This document shows positions 36,168-49,720 of a DNA stretch of 64,000 nt, piece by piece. Under the pieces are notes generated by a model. The model had not been told where the DNA came from. It saw only the letters and a program-made list of their open reading frames with translations, and made no database searches. This DNA comes from Octopus sinensis (taxonomy: Eukaryota). Position 1 is the first letter of the stretch. The number at the start of each line of letters is the position of its first letter. Both the position numbers and the translations under genes were made by a program. The DNA lies in the NCBI RefSeq assembly GCF_006345805.1, contig NC_042999.1:158906001-158970000 (forward strand). Direction: 5' to 3'.

Positions 36168-36248
36168 TATGTATATAAACCTAAAGCTAGCTGAGTTAAA
36201 ATGGATAACGTCTAAGCAGTAGCAGTGGTTGTGGTGGTGGTGTTAGTG

Positions 36249-36297
<49 letters not shown>

Positions 36298-37169
36298 GGA
36301 ATGGTGGTGATGGTTGTGGTGAAGGAGGGGAGGTAGGGTGGAGAAAAGGAAGAGGAGACAAACGAATGCAAATTGAAGTCATTTAGTATTCCACATGAAA
36401 ATTTCTGAAAATGAAGAAATATAAACACCTAAGGAAAATAATGTAGGAGGGAAATTTTGTATGTGAAAAGATTAGACACTGAAGTGAACTGGCATCGCAG
36501 ACAATTAGGGTGTATTCATTTATTCTTATATTCTTTTGCTGCTGGGGTAGCCTACAGATATTTTTGTTAATATATGAAAGTTATTAAGTACAAATGGATA
36601 TAAAATATAATACGCAGTAATCAATAAAAAAAATACAGGAGAAATTGAACAAAATATTAAAAGATGACACACAACTTAATCGTATTTAAAATAGAAAGAA
36701 ACCAGTATAATAAAATATAGAAATGACGCGATATAGCATTCTTACATTGTACCGAATGAATATACAAGTAAGCAGGCCTATTTAAAGAGAAGCTGGCGGG
36801 TGACGAGATACGTTTCAGCATTTAGATGCGTCCCTTTAGATTTTGAGATCAAATGAAATGAGATATACCTCACCATCATAATTTCGCGTTCGATAAAATA
36901 AATAGCAGTCAGGTAATGGTGTCGATACACAGCACATAAAATATAAGGCTTGTATTTGTGACAGCCAATTCATATAGTACATTGTTGTCATTTCTCTTTC
37001 AAGATAAGCAGCTTCTATTTCATACATTTTTGTACGCTGAAGACAGTCTCGTGTTTGAAATCCTTTAATCGTGATAAAAAATTTAACATCCAGTTTCAGA
37101 TTAAATTTAGGCCTTTACATACAAACACACACTTATAATACATCACTGTGTTGACCAGACAATCGTATA

Positions 37170-37750
37170 GGGTTATATATTACTAATCACAGTGCACTTA
37201 TATTCTTCTTTTCAATGCACCCTTCACTTCAATTTGAGATAGAATGTTTTGGCTTATATCAGCTTTTAATAGCCTTGGAAGTCTTCAGAGAATCCTTTTC
37301 CCGATCTCTGCGTTAAGGCTTGATAATCACACGGATTCACCTATTTTCTCTAACCTTCACGACATATTTATGTCAGAGGCATTTGTGATTCCGGTATTCT
37401 GTGGTCTCATTGTTCATTCCACTCCGTTCCCAAATTACTTCATTGCGGGAATGATCCCGTAACGAAATGCCTAGCATGGATTTTGCCATTGACCTTCCTA
37501 TCTTTGCCTGTCGTTGCCCTTCCTTCTTTGTAGTAACTCAAGTCATAAATGCGTGTAGGAGCGTGGACAAGAGGGTTATACTGGAGAGAGGTTACGTAAG
37601 GCCTTGTGCTGTGAGAACAACATTAATGCCTTCGATTCTGCTCTTTCTTTGCACGAGGTTTCAGCAAAGATATTGGTCATCAAACAGCCTATTCAGAAGG
37701 ATCCTGGGTAAGAATTGGATCTGTATAACTCCAAGTGTTCATCGCTGAAA
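37170..37750 (-). mobile_element. RTE-clade LINE relic, 3' segment (RT domain 7 to C-terminus)
   Basis: Minus-strand translation includes ..SMLGISLRDHSRNEVIWERSG.., typical of RTE C-termini. Confidence 0.75.
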
Positions 37751-37779
37751 TGAAATCAATTAAGTTCTGGTTGACAAAT

Positions 37780-38995
37780 GGTGGCTTCTGCAGGACGTCT
37801 GCGTCTTAGTAGTACTCCACAACGACTGTAACCATAGTTTGCTACGGGAAAAATCATTATCGGTGAAATTATAAAGTAAAAGATAATGCACATCACCACG
37901 AAAAACCAACACTTCAAAATCTTCACTATGATTCAGGAGGAAACTTGAGTTACTTTGAAAAAATCGGTGAAGATTATAATCCAGAATATGTAAAGCTGCA
38001 TGTGGAAAGCGAGAACTGCAACCTCGCAGGAAGTGAAATGCAAGAGAAACGGAAGACTATGAAAGGAACAAGAAAGACCGACTTGAGTATTCCGTTTTCG
38101 AAAATTATGTATTGACATAGCTGCTGCAGAAGAAAAGAAAAGTCTAAAGTGATGCAGGAAGACAATCGATTCTCTACAGTCATAAGTATTGGGGCATGAG
38201 TCACCCATGTTGGTCATTAAAATAGAAAATGCTTTAATATTGATGAGAGATGAACCTCCTGAAAAAGATGATATAATATAGAAAAGGATAATGAGTGGTG
38301 GAGAGCACCGTAGGAAGATCTTCGTTCTACCTATCAATCGATATTTAAAAGGAGAAATAGCCTCAGTGCGGAAGAAGTTGAATACCTCCATTTTAATGAG
38401 AGTTATGGGGAAAATCTAAGAAACTATAGCCCCATATGTATCTGGTTTCATCTCTACAAGTTGTTGATAAAGATTATAGTCACCAGACTATCGAAATATT
38501 TCAATGAACAACAGCTGAGGGTGCAATCATGCTTGCAGATCCACACCCTCAATAGATCTCATAGATCTCAATAGATCTCCCTATAGCACAACATAAGAGA
38601 GAGGGAAAAAGTATTAGCATATTTTTCACTGTCCTTTGATACCCTTCGGTAGCATACAGGTGAACGAAGCACTGAAGTGTGTGGAGATGGAAGGGGTCGA
38701 GGTACATTATATCAAATTTCTCAAGGAGGCAATATTGAACCTTGCTCTGCTGTCACCACCCGCAAGAGTTTTAGACAGAAAGGCTCTCGTAACAGGAAAC
38801 ACAATCTCTTCAAAACTCTTCACTACATGTCTCACTACAAAAGATACATGTTGATAGGAAAAGTGGCATTAACACTTCTAACTTGTAGGCAGAATCGTGC
38901 ACATCGCAAAAAACAGTTAATTTGCAAATGATGCAGATCAAAGTTTCTCAGTAGATTTCAAAATAAATCATTTGGAAACAAAATACATGCGATCC
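37780..38995 (+). mobile_element. RTE-clade LINE relic, inverted 5' segment (end of APE endonuclease to RT domain 6)
   Basis: LQDVCV..CNHSLLR (SDH-like), NYSPI..LYKLL, FGSIQVNEAL, GNTISSKLFTTCL, FAND and KINHLETKYMR remnants. Confidence 0.7.
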
Positions 38996-39527
38996 AAAAA
39001 CCTAGCACAAGGCATAAGTAAACGAAAATGAAGCAGCTAGAGGCATATATTCTGAACAGCATAAACAAACCCGTGTATATAAAATACTATACAACATAAA
39101 TTCTTGATTAATTAAAATTATTTCCAACCCTAGAGTATGTGTCACAATTATCAAGTGGCAACTTAGACGAACGTTATATGAGAAGACGTGGCGATCTCAA
39201 AAGTAAAGCAGCTTCAAAGTGGTCATGCTATTTAGGAAAATTACAAGCTTATTGTCCAGAAATAAAGAGATGAATTTAATAAATCCAGAATTTATGTAGT
39301 ATGGTTTTTCAGCTATATATTTGTCTGTGTTGTTGAAATATATACCACTACTAAATGAGATCGTTCTTGCTTAATTATGCCAATTAACCAGGCAATAAAT
39401 GTGCTCTAATGTCTCTTAGAAACTGGAGATAAGTTAAAAGGGGCAATTGTGGAGCTGTTGCACACCTATTGAATTATAAACTCGTAGTCACGACTGTCCA
39501 CTTTTGTATCTCAATGTCGGATAATAA

Positions 39528-39690
39528 CATCATCATCATTGTTCGACCGTGGTCGAGACAATGGAATTTACCATGCTACGCCAGACTTCACGGTCCATCA
39601 TAGCATTACGGAGGTACTGTTGCTAGATGCCTGAATCCCTGGAGATTACATCAGGGTAGGAGTGTGTGCGCCATCTGGTATGGATGATAA
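39528..39690 (-). mobile_element. RTE-type LINE 3' end with (GAT)n tail
   Basis: Minus strand ..AMMDREVWRSMVNSIVSTTVEQ* followed by TGATGATGATG. Confidence 0.75.
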
Positions 39691-40511
39691 CAACGTTTTG
39701 ATAATGAGAATAGTCAATGGTACAGATTTAACTGATACCTACAGCATCGAATAAATAAAAACAATGCCATTTAGTACTTTTACATCAACTAAAACTCTAT
39801 AAATGTTAAAATAAATATATTATTGCGTTATGCATTAACCCTGAACATGAAATCAAGCATAACATGATTCTCTTTAAAAATATGAAAACAAATAATGTAT
39901 AAATATCACATATTTTGGCTTAGGGAAGAATGCTATTTTTAGAGGAAATTAATCATACCTTTTTTTTTAATGTGTTATATATGATATAGTTTATCAAAAG
40001 CGTGAGAATCCTTGAGAATTAAACTTGTACATTTAATAACATTTGCTTGCAGATTTAAGCAACGCTAAATTCGACCGGAAATAGATATCAGTTATCATAA
40101 GTATGAACTCCATATCTATATCTTCAGAATGTACCATCAGTTATTATATGGTGTTCTGGGGAAAATATATTAAAAATATTCTAAGAAAGAGAGTGTCCAC
40201 TCGTATCTTTTACTCAGCTTACTGCCGGCCATTATGTACACGCCTCCATCCATATTTGTCTTGATATATTCTTAACCTAACAATACCACCTGTTCATTTG
40301 TATTATGAACGATCGTTCATGTAATATTATTGTTGCTGTCATAAGCTCTGACTTTTAAATGGTATATTTTATAAATCTTGTATAGTTCATTATACCTAAC
40401 TGTGATATATTGTTGCACTTTTGCTTCAAATGTTCCGATGTTATATTTAAGTTAATCATATTCAATTTGAATAAAATGTAATCTAACAATAACGACCCAA
40501 TATTATTACAC

Positions 40512-40553
40512 TCCACACACATACACATATATACGTATTTATATATGTATATA

Positions 40554-40602
<49 letters not shown>

Positions 40603-40676
40603 GCATATATGTATATATATATATATACATATATGTATATATACATATACATGTATATATATATATACGTGTATAT

Positions 40677-40708
<32 letters not shown>

Positions 40709-40776
40709 CATACATATATATATATATTATATATATACGTATATATACATAGATGTATGTGTATATATACATACAC
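40512..40776. repeat. TA/TACA microsatellite field
   Basis: Visible runs. Confidence 0.9.
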
Positions 40777-42544
40777 AAACGCATCTGCCACTTATTTCAT
40801 ATTTCCCATTTATTAAGAAACATTTCAAATGTTAAATTTTAACCTAAAAAAGCACCGTTTCCTTTAGGATTATCAAAGGTGTTTGCAAAAAATGATCATG
40901 AGATGACAATTTTAATGGATATATTTTATATTCATTCAAAGTATAATTTTTAATGAATATATTTTAGCTTTTTTTCAAAATACCCCAGTATTATTGTTAT
41001 GATTTATGAAAAAAATTATGAAACGTTAAAAATAATATATGTGATTTTATCTTGTAACTACAGTATATTGAAACATGTGAACTTGAATGGATTGCATGGC
41101 TGTAAACAAACATGTCACTCTAGTTTGACAGGATGTATTCCAAACTAGAGTTTCTCAATAAAATTTGTGTTATATCATGAATGTGTCCGCTTTAGTTGTG
41201 AACAATAGAATATTTATGGCTGAAAGTATTTCCTTGATATAAGCTTGCTGTTTTTCTTGTTTAGGTGCAGGTTACTCTTCTTTAAAGTGACATATCACAA
41301 AGGCAGCCCAGTTCTGAACATTCCGTCGTATATATGTATTAGTCTTTTTTAAAGTCAGTATGGTGTTGCTCGAGAAAGACTACAGGATGTTTCTTGCAGG
41401 CCTAGTGAATCGTCACTTACACGGCTTTCATTCAGTATTGACATATAGAATACCTTTAAAATAATCAGAAGCAGAATCAAGCGGGAGTAACAGTCTAAAG
41501 CAACGAATAATATATTCTATATCTCAAGTAAATGGATGCTGAAAATCAGACAGACAGACAGACAGACAGACTCACACACATAGATGCATGCACGCGCGTG
41601 CGCAGAAACACACACTCACATATATGGAGGTTGCATATTTGCATTAATAGCTTATGACTTCAGGACTGAGAAACAGCACAAATTAAACAGCCCGTTGTGT
41701 CACTTAACAAGATGGCGAAACATTCATACTGGTCTAATCAATAGCGGTTTCCATTATTTAATTTAAGCTGCCAGTTGATAACTGGGCCTTATAATTTTTA
41801 CTGAAACTTTACCAAAATGCTAACCGAATATTACTAAGCATAACTGAAACAGATCCTATTTCATGTTTCAGAATTTTCCCCATTTTGTGCTTTTGTGTAA
41901 CTTGTTCAGCTACTGGTTCTAACATGAGATGCAAAAGGATAAATTCGACGAAAATTTATGCACTATCCATTGAAAATCCTCCTTCGCCAATTAGACCAGC
42001 TTCTAATGACAGAGATTTTTCCTACGGCTATAAAACCTTGCTTATTCAGATTTCAGTCACGAACAGTGAGCAGAATAATTGATCATCCACAGAGTGTGTT
42101 CAGTATGCATTTCTTTGGTTTCTATACTTTTCTGCATAAAATCATCATATCTTGTACCCTAGCTATGCTGTAAGAACATATAGTTAAAAATGGAGAGGCA
42201 ACCGCTCTTGCGTTTGCAGAAGTATATAAAATATCTTCAGACACGCTTCAATAAGATGACAAAAAGACCGATAAATTGTATGTGCTAGAATGCTAATTCT
42301 TTGAGAAGGTATCCACCGATACAGACACCACTGTATATTTTACGACAAACGAAGGAAATGCTCGACTTGCGATGTTGGTACCTATGAAGAAAATTTCAAT
42401 AATTTAAGTCTAACACATACATACCCATACACATAGAAACATTAAAGTGTATACAAGATGAAAAATCACGTATAAGGAAACACACACACACACATATATC
42501 TAGTCATTTCAAATAAAGAATCAATTCAAACAAATATTAAAATT

Positions 42545-42690
42545 AACAGCAGCGAGAGAAACTGCAAAAGGAATGTATTAGCTTGACACTCGGTAAAAGG
42601 AGAGAGTATTTGACGTTTCGAGCATAGTGTTTCGTCGAAAAGAAGAAAGGGAAAAATCCAAAGAAGGAAAAGAAATTGCCAGCAGCTCAT
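42545..42690 (-). mobile_element. PLE pLTR relic with decayed minimal hammerhead (about 42606-42645)
   Basis: Minus strand TCGACGA-A-ACAC-TAT-GCTC-GAAA-CG-TC; the palindromic ACGT stem III is typical of PLE hammerheads. Confidence 0.55.
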
Positions 42691-42717
42691 GTGTAGCTAC
42701 GTTGCTGAAGTGACCGG

Positions 42718-43815
42718 AAGTGTGTGTGCGTGCGTGTGTGTGTGTGTGTGTGTGTGTGCGTGCGTGCGTGTGTGGTATTATTGCTATGACTGTGTATTCG
42801 TGTTTGAGCAGATGATCTACGTATGACAGTGTAACTCAATGAGTAGGTTAGTAGCGGGTGTTTGATTAAGTCGAAGGAGGTGAAAAATGAGTGAGTGGGT
42901 GGGTGGGTGTGGGTAAGTGAGTGGGTGTGGCCGTGTGTGTGTGTGCGTTTGCATGAGTGCGCATAACCGAGTGAGAATGTATGTGATTGTGTGTGCGTGT
43001 ATGCATATGAGTGTGTGTATTTACATATACATATGTCTGTGTGTGTATGTGTGTATGTGTGTATATATGTACATATGGGAGCGTGTGATGTCATGTGTGT
43101 GTGGAGGTATACATATAGGCGTGCGTGTGTGTGCTTGTGTGTGCGTGTGAGTGAGAGAGAGAAAGGCGAGGTGACACGTGTGTGGATGCGTTGATGTAGC
43201 CGTACTTATGTGTTTCTGTGCGTGTATACAGGCGTGGATGTGTGTTTGTACGTGTGTGCGTGTGTGTATGTGCCCTTGTGTGCGAGTGTATGTGTGTGAG
43301 TGTATATATATATATGCGTATGAGCAGGTGTGCATGTGTGTGTACGTGTGTGCGAGTGTATATTAGAATATGCGTGTGTGCGTATGAGTGTGTATGTGTG
43401 TGTCTGTGCGTATAAGTGTGTGTGTGTATATCTGTGCGTTTGAATGTGCATGAGAGCGTGTGTGGATGTGTATGTGTGTGAATGTGCATGTGTGAGTATG
43501 GAGTGTAATGGTGTTTTTGTGTGTGTGTGTGTGTGCGTATGAGTGTGTGTGTTTGCATGTGAGGATCTCTATGTCGCTGTGTTTGTGTAGCCATGTGTGT
43601 ATGTGTCTGAGTGTGTGAGAGGGCGTGTGTGGGGTGTGTGAGTGGGTGTATGACTGTCTATGTATATATATTTGTGTGTGTGTGTGTATATGTGTATGTA
43701 TATGTGTGTGTACGTATGTTTGCGCATATGTGTATATATTATGTCTGCATAATTAGAAGGTTCTATTTGCACATGTCAGGATAAGTCAACGTGTATGTGT
43801 GTGCAATATGTGTCT
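42718..43815. repeat. 1.1-kb TG/TA-rich alternating purine-pyrimidine low-complexity tract
   Basis: Near-continuous degenerate (RY)n. Confidence 0.9.
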
Positions 43816-43934
43816 GTATATTACGCGGGGACGGGACTCGTGTATATTGGTGTGTGATGGATAGAAACTGTATAACCTGAAAATGAAAAATAAAATTAAA
43901 ATAAAATAAAAAATAAAATTACAATATCTTTAAA

Positions 43935-44430
43935 ATGCGGTGTACAAGATGTCACAGGAAGGAACGGGTTGTGTTTAGTCGAACTGAAGTATCAGTTCGG
44001 AGAGTAAAAATGTATCTCTATTCAAGGCGAAGTTTGGTGTTGGCGGAACCTTGGTGTAGGGCAAAGCCGAATACTGTGAGGTGTGAGGTGGAATGTCCCG
44101 TAAAGGAAAACTGGCGGGCAATGGAGGTATTTCTATGCAGGTGGATGTCCCGCTAAGTGTTCCGTGACACGGTTGGCTTTCTGACCAACATATAAACAGT
44201 TACATAGATTGCATCGGATGCAGTATATAAGGTGCGATGGAGTGCATGCATCGGATGTTGTATATAAGGTTAGAGGAAGTGCCTGCACTTCCCCTAACCA
44301 TATATACAGCGTCTGGTGCAATCTAAACAACGGTCTATATGCTCGATAGACGGATCATCGGCTTGCCGACCGGTTCAGGAAATACCCCTGTCGCCCGTCA
44401 TTATGTGTGTTCGTATGTTTGTGAAATCAA
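43935..44430. mobile_element. Penelope-like element GIY-YIG relic with head-to-head inverted partial copy
   Basis: Minus 44290-43950: LIYCIRCNLCNCLYVGQ..EHL.RDI..SIARQF..GHS..LRLE*RYIFTL; plus 44298-44430: IYSVWCNL..LY..RLADRFR..PVARH. Confidence 0.75.
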
Positions 44431-44689
44431 CAAGAACAGCAGAATGAATCTGTCGCAGAGAGGTGGAAAATCTAACGCTACCAGACCTTCTTCGGGGAGA
44501 ACTTGGCAGAAGTGTTATATAATTTACCAGCAAAGGTACCCGGCATTGCCCGGGAATGAAATTGTTCGTTATAGAAGAAGAAAAAAGCAAAATATTTAGT
44601 ATAGAAATTTGTTATTCAAAATTCAATTTATTCTTCAATTGGGATGCAATTTATTCTTTAATTAGGAAATCGATTCTGAATCCATAATA

Positions 44690-44705
44690 CAAAATAATAA
44701 TAATG

Positions 44706-44777
<72 letters not shown>

Positions 44778-44782
44778 TAATA
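44690..44782. repeat. (TAA)n tract at the 5' edge of the LINE nest
   Basis: Visible run. Confidence 0.95.
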
Positions 44783-44913
44783 AGAGGAGAACACCGGGGA
44801 GAGAGGAGAACACCGGGGAGAGAGGAGAACACCGGGGAGAGAGGAGAACACCGGGGAGAGAGAGAAACCCGGGGAGAGAGGAGAACATCGGGGAGAGAGG
44901 AGAACACCGGGGA
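44783..44913 (+). repeat. 19-bp minisatellite GAGAGGAGAACACCGGGGA, about 7 copies
   Basis: Direct reading; sits at the 5' end of LINE family Y. Confidence 0.95.
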
Positions 44914-47900
44914 CGTTTAAGATGTAAGAAGGAAAATTCAGAGCTCCGAAATCTATCCACAAACATCGAAAACAAGGACATCCTATGGAGCCAAAGTTTT
45001 ACTAACAAAGAATTGGACTGTATCCGAGTAAGTAATACTAATTGAAATGTATTACTATTTTCGAAACGAAATGATGTATTTTGACTCGATATCATCTCCG
45101 GCTCTAACGCAACACATGTAAACATGCGTGGAACATCACGATCATCTCCGACCCAAACACCATGTACAAAGGAACTACGAAGAAATTAAATGCCACCGAT
45201 ACTATTCAACCCAAGAATAACAATCGAGCGGTACGTACATTAAACCTACACAAAAAAATGTACGAAAAACTACACGTGCGAAATAATGTGACAACAGAAA
45301 TAAACGGACCGGTACCCTACGAAAATGACGACCGTCAAAATAATGGGCCGGACGTTGTACCTCATGTCCCGCAAATAAAACCCAAAAGACGTAAATGGAC
45401 ACGTGAGGAATACATTCCTATCTTACACGCATACTTCACAGCAGTACTCTACCCAAAAAATGAAAATACAACAACACATACATATAAAATATGGAAGGAA
45501 AATAATAGAGATATAGACTTGGATACAGCAATGAACCCTAACGTAGCTAACGTACGAAGATACATTCTCAACACAAAAAAAATATCAGAAATAGAAATAG
45601 AACACCTAAAAGAAAACATACACCAGGAAAATGTAGATAGAAGCCACACAACAATGCCCAATAATATAAACACTGAAACTGTAAAACACGAAGACAAACG
45701 CAACATTCCCAACAAACACGATGTAAACAACGAAGGGGAGCCTAATGATTATGATAATATAAAAAATAAAATAATCAAAGAACTGAAAACCACAGAGCTC
45801 AAAATGGACCACCGACCATACCTCCCAAGAATCAAAATAAACAAAATAACAACACCTATTATAAACAGCATAAACCTAGCCGTCACTGAACTGATAGCCA
45901 CTGAATAAAAAAAAAGTGATATCACTGAGCTAAATAACCTAATATACGCAGCAGCCACAGCAGCCACAAAGAAGCTGGATATTCACCCAAACCCGCCCAA
46001 ACAGGAGTACCACCACCCAAACAAACCCTGTGGATAAATAACATCCAAAGCAAAAAAAAAAATTAGAAAAGACCTGTCGATTCTTAATGAAATCAGCAAA
46101 CAATCAACGCTACTGAGCAACAAAAAGAGAACAAAAATACTCCGCAAATATAACATCACAGAGAAAGATTTGCCTGAAATAAAAGAAAAGCTGAAGCAAG
46201 ATCCTTGCCAAAGCACAAAGGATCCGCCGGTACAAGAAACGCCAACGCTTCTTTGAAGAAAACAAAAAGTTCAACTCTAACCAAAAAGTTCTACCAAGAA
46301 CTGGGAAAAAATAAAATAGAAGTCACTGCAGCACCAACGGCAGAAGAATTGGAAGAATTCTGAGGAGAAATATGGTCGGCGAACGAACCACCAAAAAAAA
46401 GGAGTATCAGAATAACAAACTCGGCATCTGAACAACTTTGGACCCCCATAACAACTGAAGAGGTCACCCAGGCACTGCAAAGACTAAGCAACTGGAAGGC
46501 ACCTGGCATGACAAGATCCCCAACTTCTGGTTGAAATATCTAACAGGAATGCACAAAAAGCTGGCTGAAAACTTTAACAAAGTACTAGCAGAGCCAGAGA
46601 CAATGCCTGAATGGCTCACGAAGGGGAAAACCATCTTAATTCCCAAATCAAATGAAACAGAAAAACCAGAAAACTACAGACCAATAACTTGCCTCCCTAC
46701 TATGTTCAAGGCATTTACTGCAGTGATATCACAAAGGCTGAACAAGCACCTGGACGAAAACAAACTGTTCCCAGAAGAGCAGAAATGATGCCGCAAAGGC
46801 TCATATGGCTGTAAAGATCAACTAATGATTAATAAAGCCATAACTGAAGACAGCCACAGAAAGAAGAAAGGCCTCAGTATGGCCTGGATTGACTACAAAA
46901 AGGCGTTTGATAGCATCCCCCACACATGGATCCTCGAAACACTAGCCATTAACAAAGTAGCACCAACAATCATAAAATTCATAGAGCACTCTATGAATAA
47001 ATGGCAAACAGTCCTACACCTCCAAACAAAAGAGGGACTCATGAAAACCATAGACATCCCCATTAGAAGAGGAATATTCCAGGGAGACACGCTCTCTCCA
47101 CTCCTTTTCTGCTTGGTACTGTCACCTCTATCTGATATGCTAAATAGAACTGGATGCGGATATAAATGTTACGGCAAAACGATCAGCCCCTTTTATATAT
47201 GGATGACCTAAAACTATACGCTGCAAATGAGAAACAGCTGGAAACACTATTAAAGACAGTTCATGGATTTACCAAAGAAATAGATACGAAATTTGGATTA
47301 GAAAATGCGCCAAAGTAACCATGAAAAGAGGAAAACTAGTTAAGAGTAACAACATCACACTAGATAAAACCAATGAAATAAAAGAATTAGACCAAAGCCA
47401 AACTTACAAATACTTAGGAGTCCATGAACTAGATAAGACACAACACACACACAAATGAAAGAGAAAATAAAAAAGAATATTATAGACGAGTTAGATCAAT
47501 ACTAACACAGAGCTCAATGCTAAAAACAAGATAATAGGTATCAACACTTTAGCTGTCCCAGTTATAAGTTACAGTTACAATATCCTTAACTGGACACGAA
47601 ATGAACTGACCAAAATAGATAGGAACACAAGAAAAATAATGACAGGATCTAGGATGCATCACCCAAAATCTGACATAGAAATACTATATATACAAGGTAT
47701 AGAAGGTGGTAGAGGCCTTATACAGCTGGAAAACTACTATAAATAACCACCATAGGACTGCAAAAATATCTACTTCAGAAGGAAGGAAAACTGATCCAGA
47801 TAGCGGCAAAACACGAGCAAAACAAAAAACTGTTCTCAGTATTTAAGGAAGCTGACAAATACAAACAAGAAATCATACCACCTAATAAACATGAAGAAGA

Positions 47901-48842
47901 AGAAGATGAAGAAACACAAAAGCTATAAAACAAATGAAATCCAAACTAAAAATAGAACAGCAACGAACCATGATAAAACGATGGCAAGAAAAGCCCCTTC
48001 ATGGTAAATACTGGACTAAACTAAACGCAAAAGAAATAGACAAAGAAAAATCCCAGCAATGGTTGAGAAGCTCAGGACTCAAAGCAGAAACATAGGGATT
48101 TTTAATTGCAGCACAAGACCAAAGCCTCCCCACCAGAAATTACCAAAAACATGTAATGAAAAGAAATATTACAAGTAACTGCAGAATATGTGGAGATGGA
48201 CAAGAAACAATAAATCATATTATCTCTAGCTGCCCAGTCTTGGCTAAGAAGGAATATTCACAGACATGACAGAGTTGGAACCTACATACATTGGAAGCTA
48301 TGCCAACATTATGGAATAACAACAGAAAAAAGATGGTATAGGTACACACCAGAAAAGGTCACAGAAAACGAGAAAGCAACCATACTCTGGGATATGCCGA
48401 TACACACAGATAGAGAAATTAAGGCCAACAGACCAGATATAGTTGTCAGAGATCATGAAGAAAAAAAATGCTTTCTAATTGATGTATCAATACCGGCTGA
48501 TGACAACGTGTCTCTAAAAGAAATGGAGAAACTCTCAAAATACAAAGACCTGGAAATAGAGGTAACTAGAATGTGGAATCTGAAAACAGAAACAATTCCT
48601 ATCATAGTAGGTGCATTAGGCATGATAAAAAATATTCAGACAAATACATAACAAAAACACCAGGACTTACAAACACATATAACATACAGAAAATTGCACT
48701 ACTAGGCACTGAACATATCCTACGCAGAACACTTTCCATACAATAACCATCAGAACATCACAACAAATCACAGCACCTACCAAGGCACACAGAGCTGTGC
48801 TCGGTAGAGAAGTGAAAGCACGCTATAAAAATAAAACTACTG
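44783..48842 (+). mobile_element. Full-length R4/Dong-type non-LTR retrotransposon, family Y (RT plus restriction-like endonuclease), disrupted
   Basis: N-terminal RRKWTREE domain; RT motifs WIDYKKAFDSIPH, GIFQGDTLSP, YMDDLKLY; CCHC knuckle CRICGDGQETINHIISSC; RLE RPD..FLIDVSIP..KLSKY; (TAA)n both sides; several stops and frameshifts. Confidence 0.92.
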
Positions 48843-48849
48843 AATAATG

Positions 48850-48914
<65 letters not shown>

Positions 48915-49610
48915 CATGTAACGATGAGATTGAAACGATAGACCACCTAATCTCAGGGTGTAGAGTCGTAGCACCTGTTGAATACAAAGCAAGACATGAC
49001 AGAGTCGGCCAATATTTACACTGGACAATATGTCGCATTATAAAATCAAAACCGCTGACAAATGGTATAAACACCATCCTGAAGCTGTGACTGAGGGAGA
49101 AAATGTGTCGATTCTATGGGACTTCCCAGTACAGACCGACAAAGCTATAATAAACCGGATATTATTAGACAAAAACGATGTGTTTATTAATTGACATGAG
49201 TATCACTTGCGATCACAATATAGCGGCGAAAGAATTTGACAAGATTAATAAATATAAAGACCTGCTAATAGAAATTGAAAAAATGTGGCATCTCAAGGCG
49301 ACTAGTACCAGTGATTGTAGGATCTCTAGGAATGATAAAAAAAAGATACTGAAACATATTTGAAAATGATTCAAGGCTTACCATCCCTACAGGAATTGCA
49401 AAAATCGTGTTAACTGGAACAGCTCATGTACTGAGAAGAGCATTATCGCTGTGAAAACATTAATGAATTTATTTATTCATTAATTTTTTAAACAGATATT
49501 TTACCTGTGAATTTGCGTGTGTAATCTGGGAATTGCATACAATTATCTGCCCTAGGTGTACGGAAAACACTCGGCGAGAAACGGAAGAAAATTGGAAGAA
49601 AGAAGGAAAA
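48915..49610 (+). mobile_element. R4/Dong-type LINE, older relative of family W, 5'-truncated at the zinc knuckle
   Basis: CNDEIETIDHLISGC..RHDRVGQYLHW; 3' UTR similar to 55380-55550. Confidence 0.8.
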
Positions 49611-49640
49611 ATAATAATATTAATAATAATTATAATAATG

Positions 49641-49701
<61 letters not shown>

Positions 49702-49720
49702 TATAATAATAATAATAATA

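Noticed and set aside
41869-42082. Possible host exon after TTTCAG acceptor (65-aa ORF)
   Set aside because: No recognisable domain, no clear donor, and no partner exons.
45162-47211. Independent host genes for the 248-, 128-, 271-, 309- and 326-aa ORFs
   Set aside because: All are fragments of LINE or Helitron polyproteins broken by stops and frameshifts.
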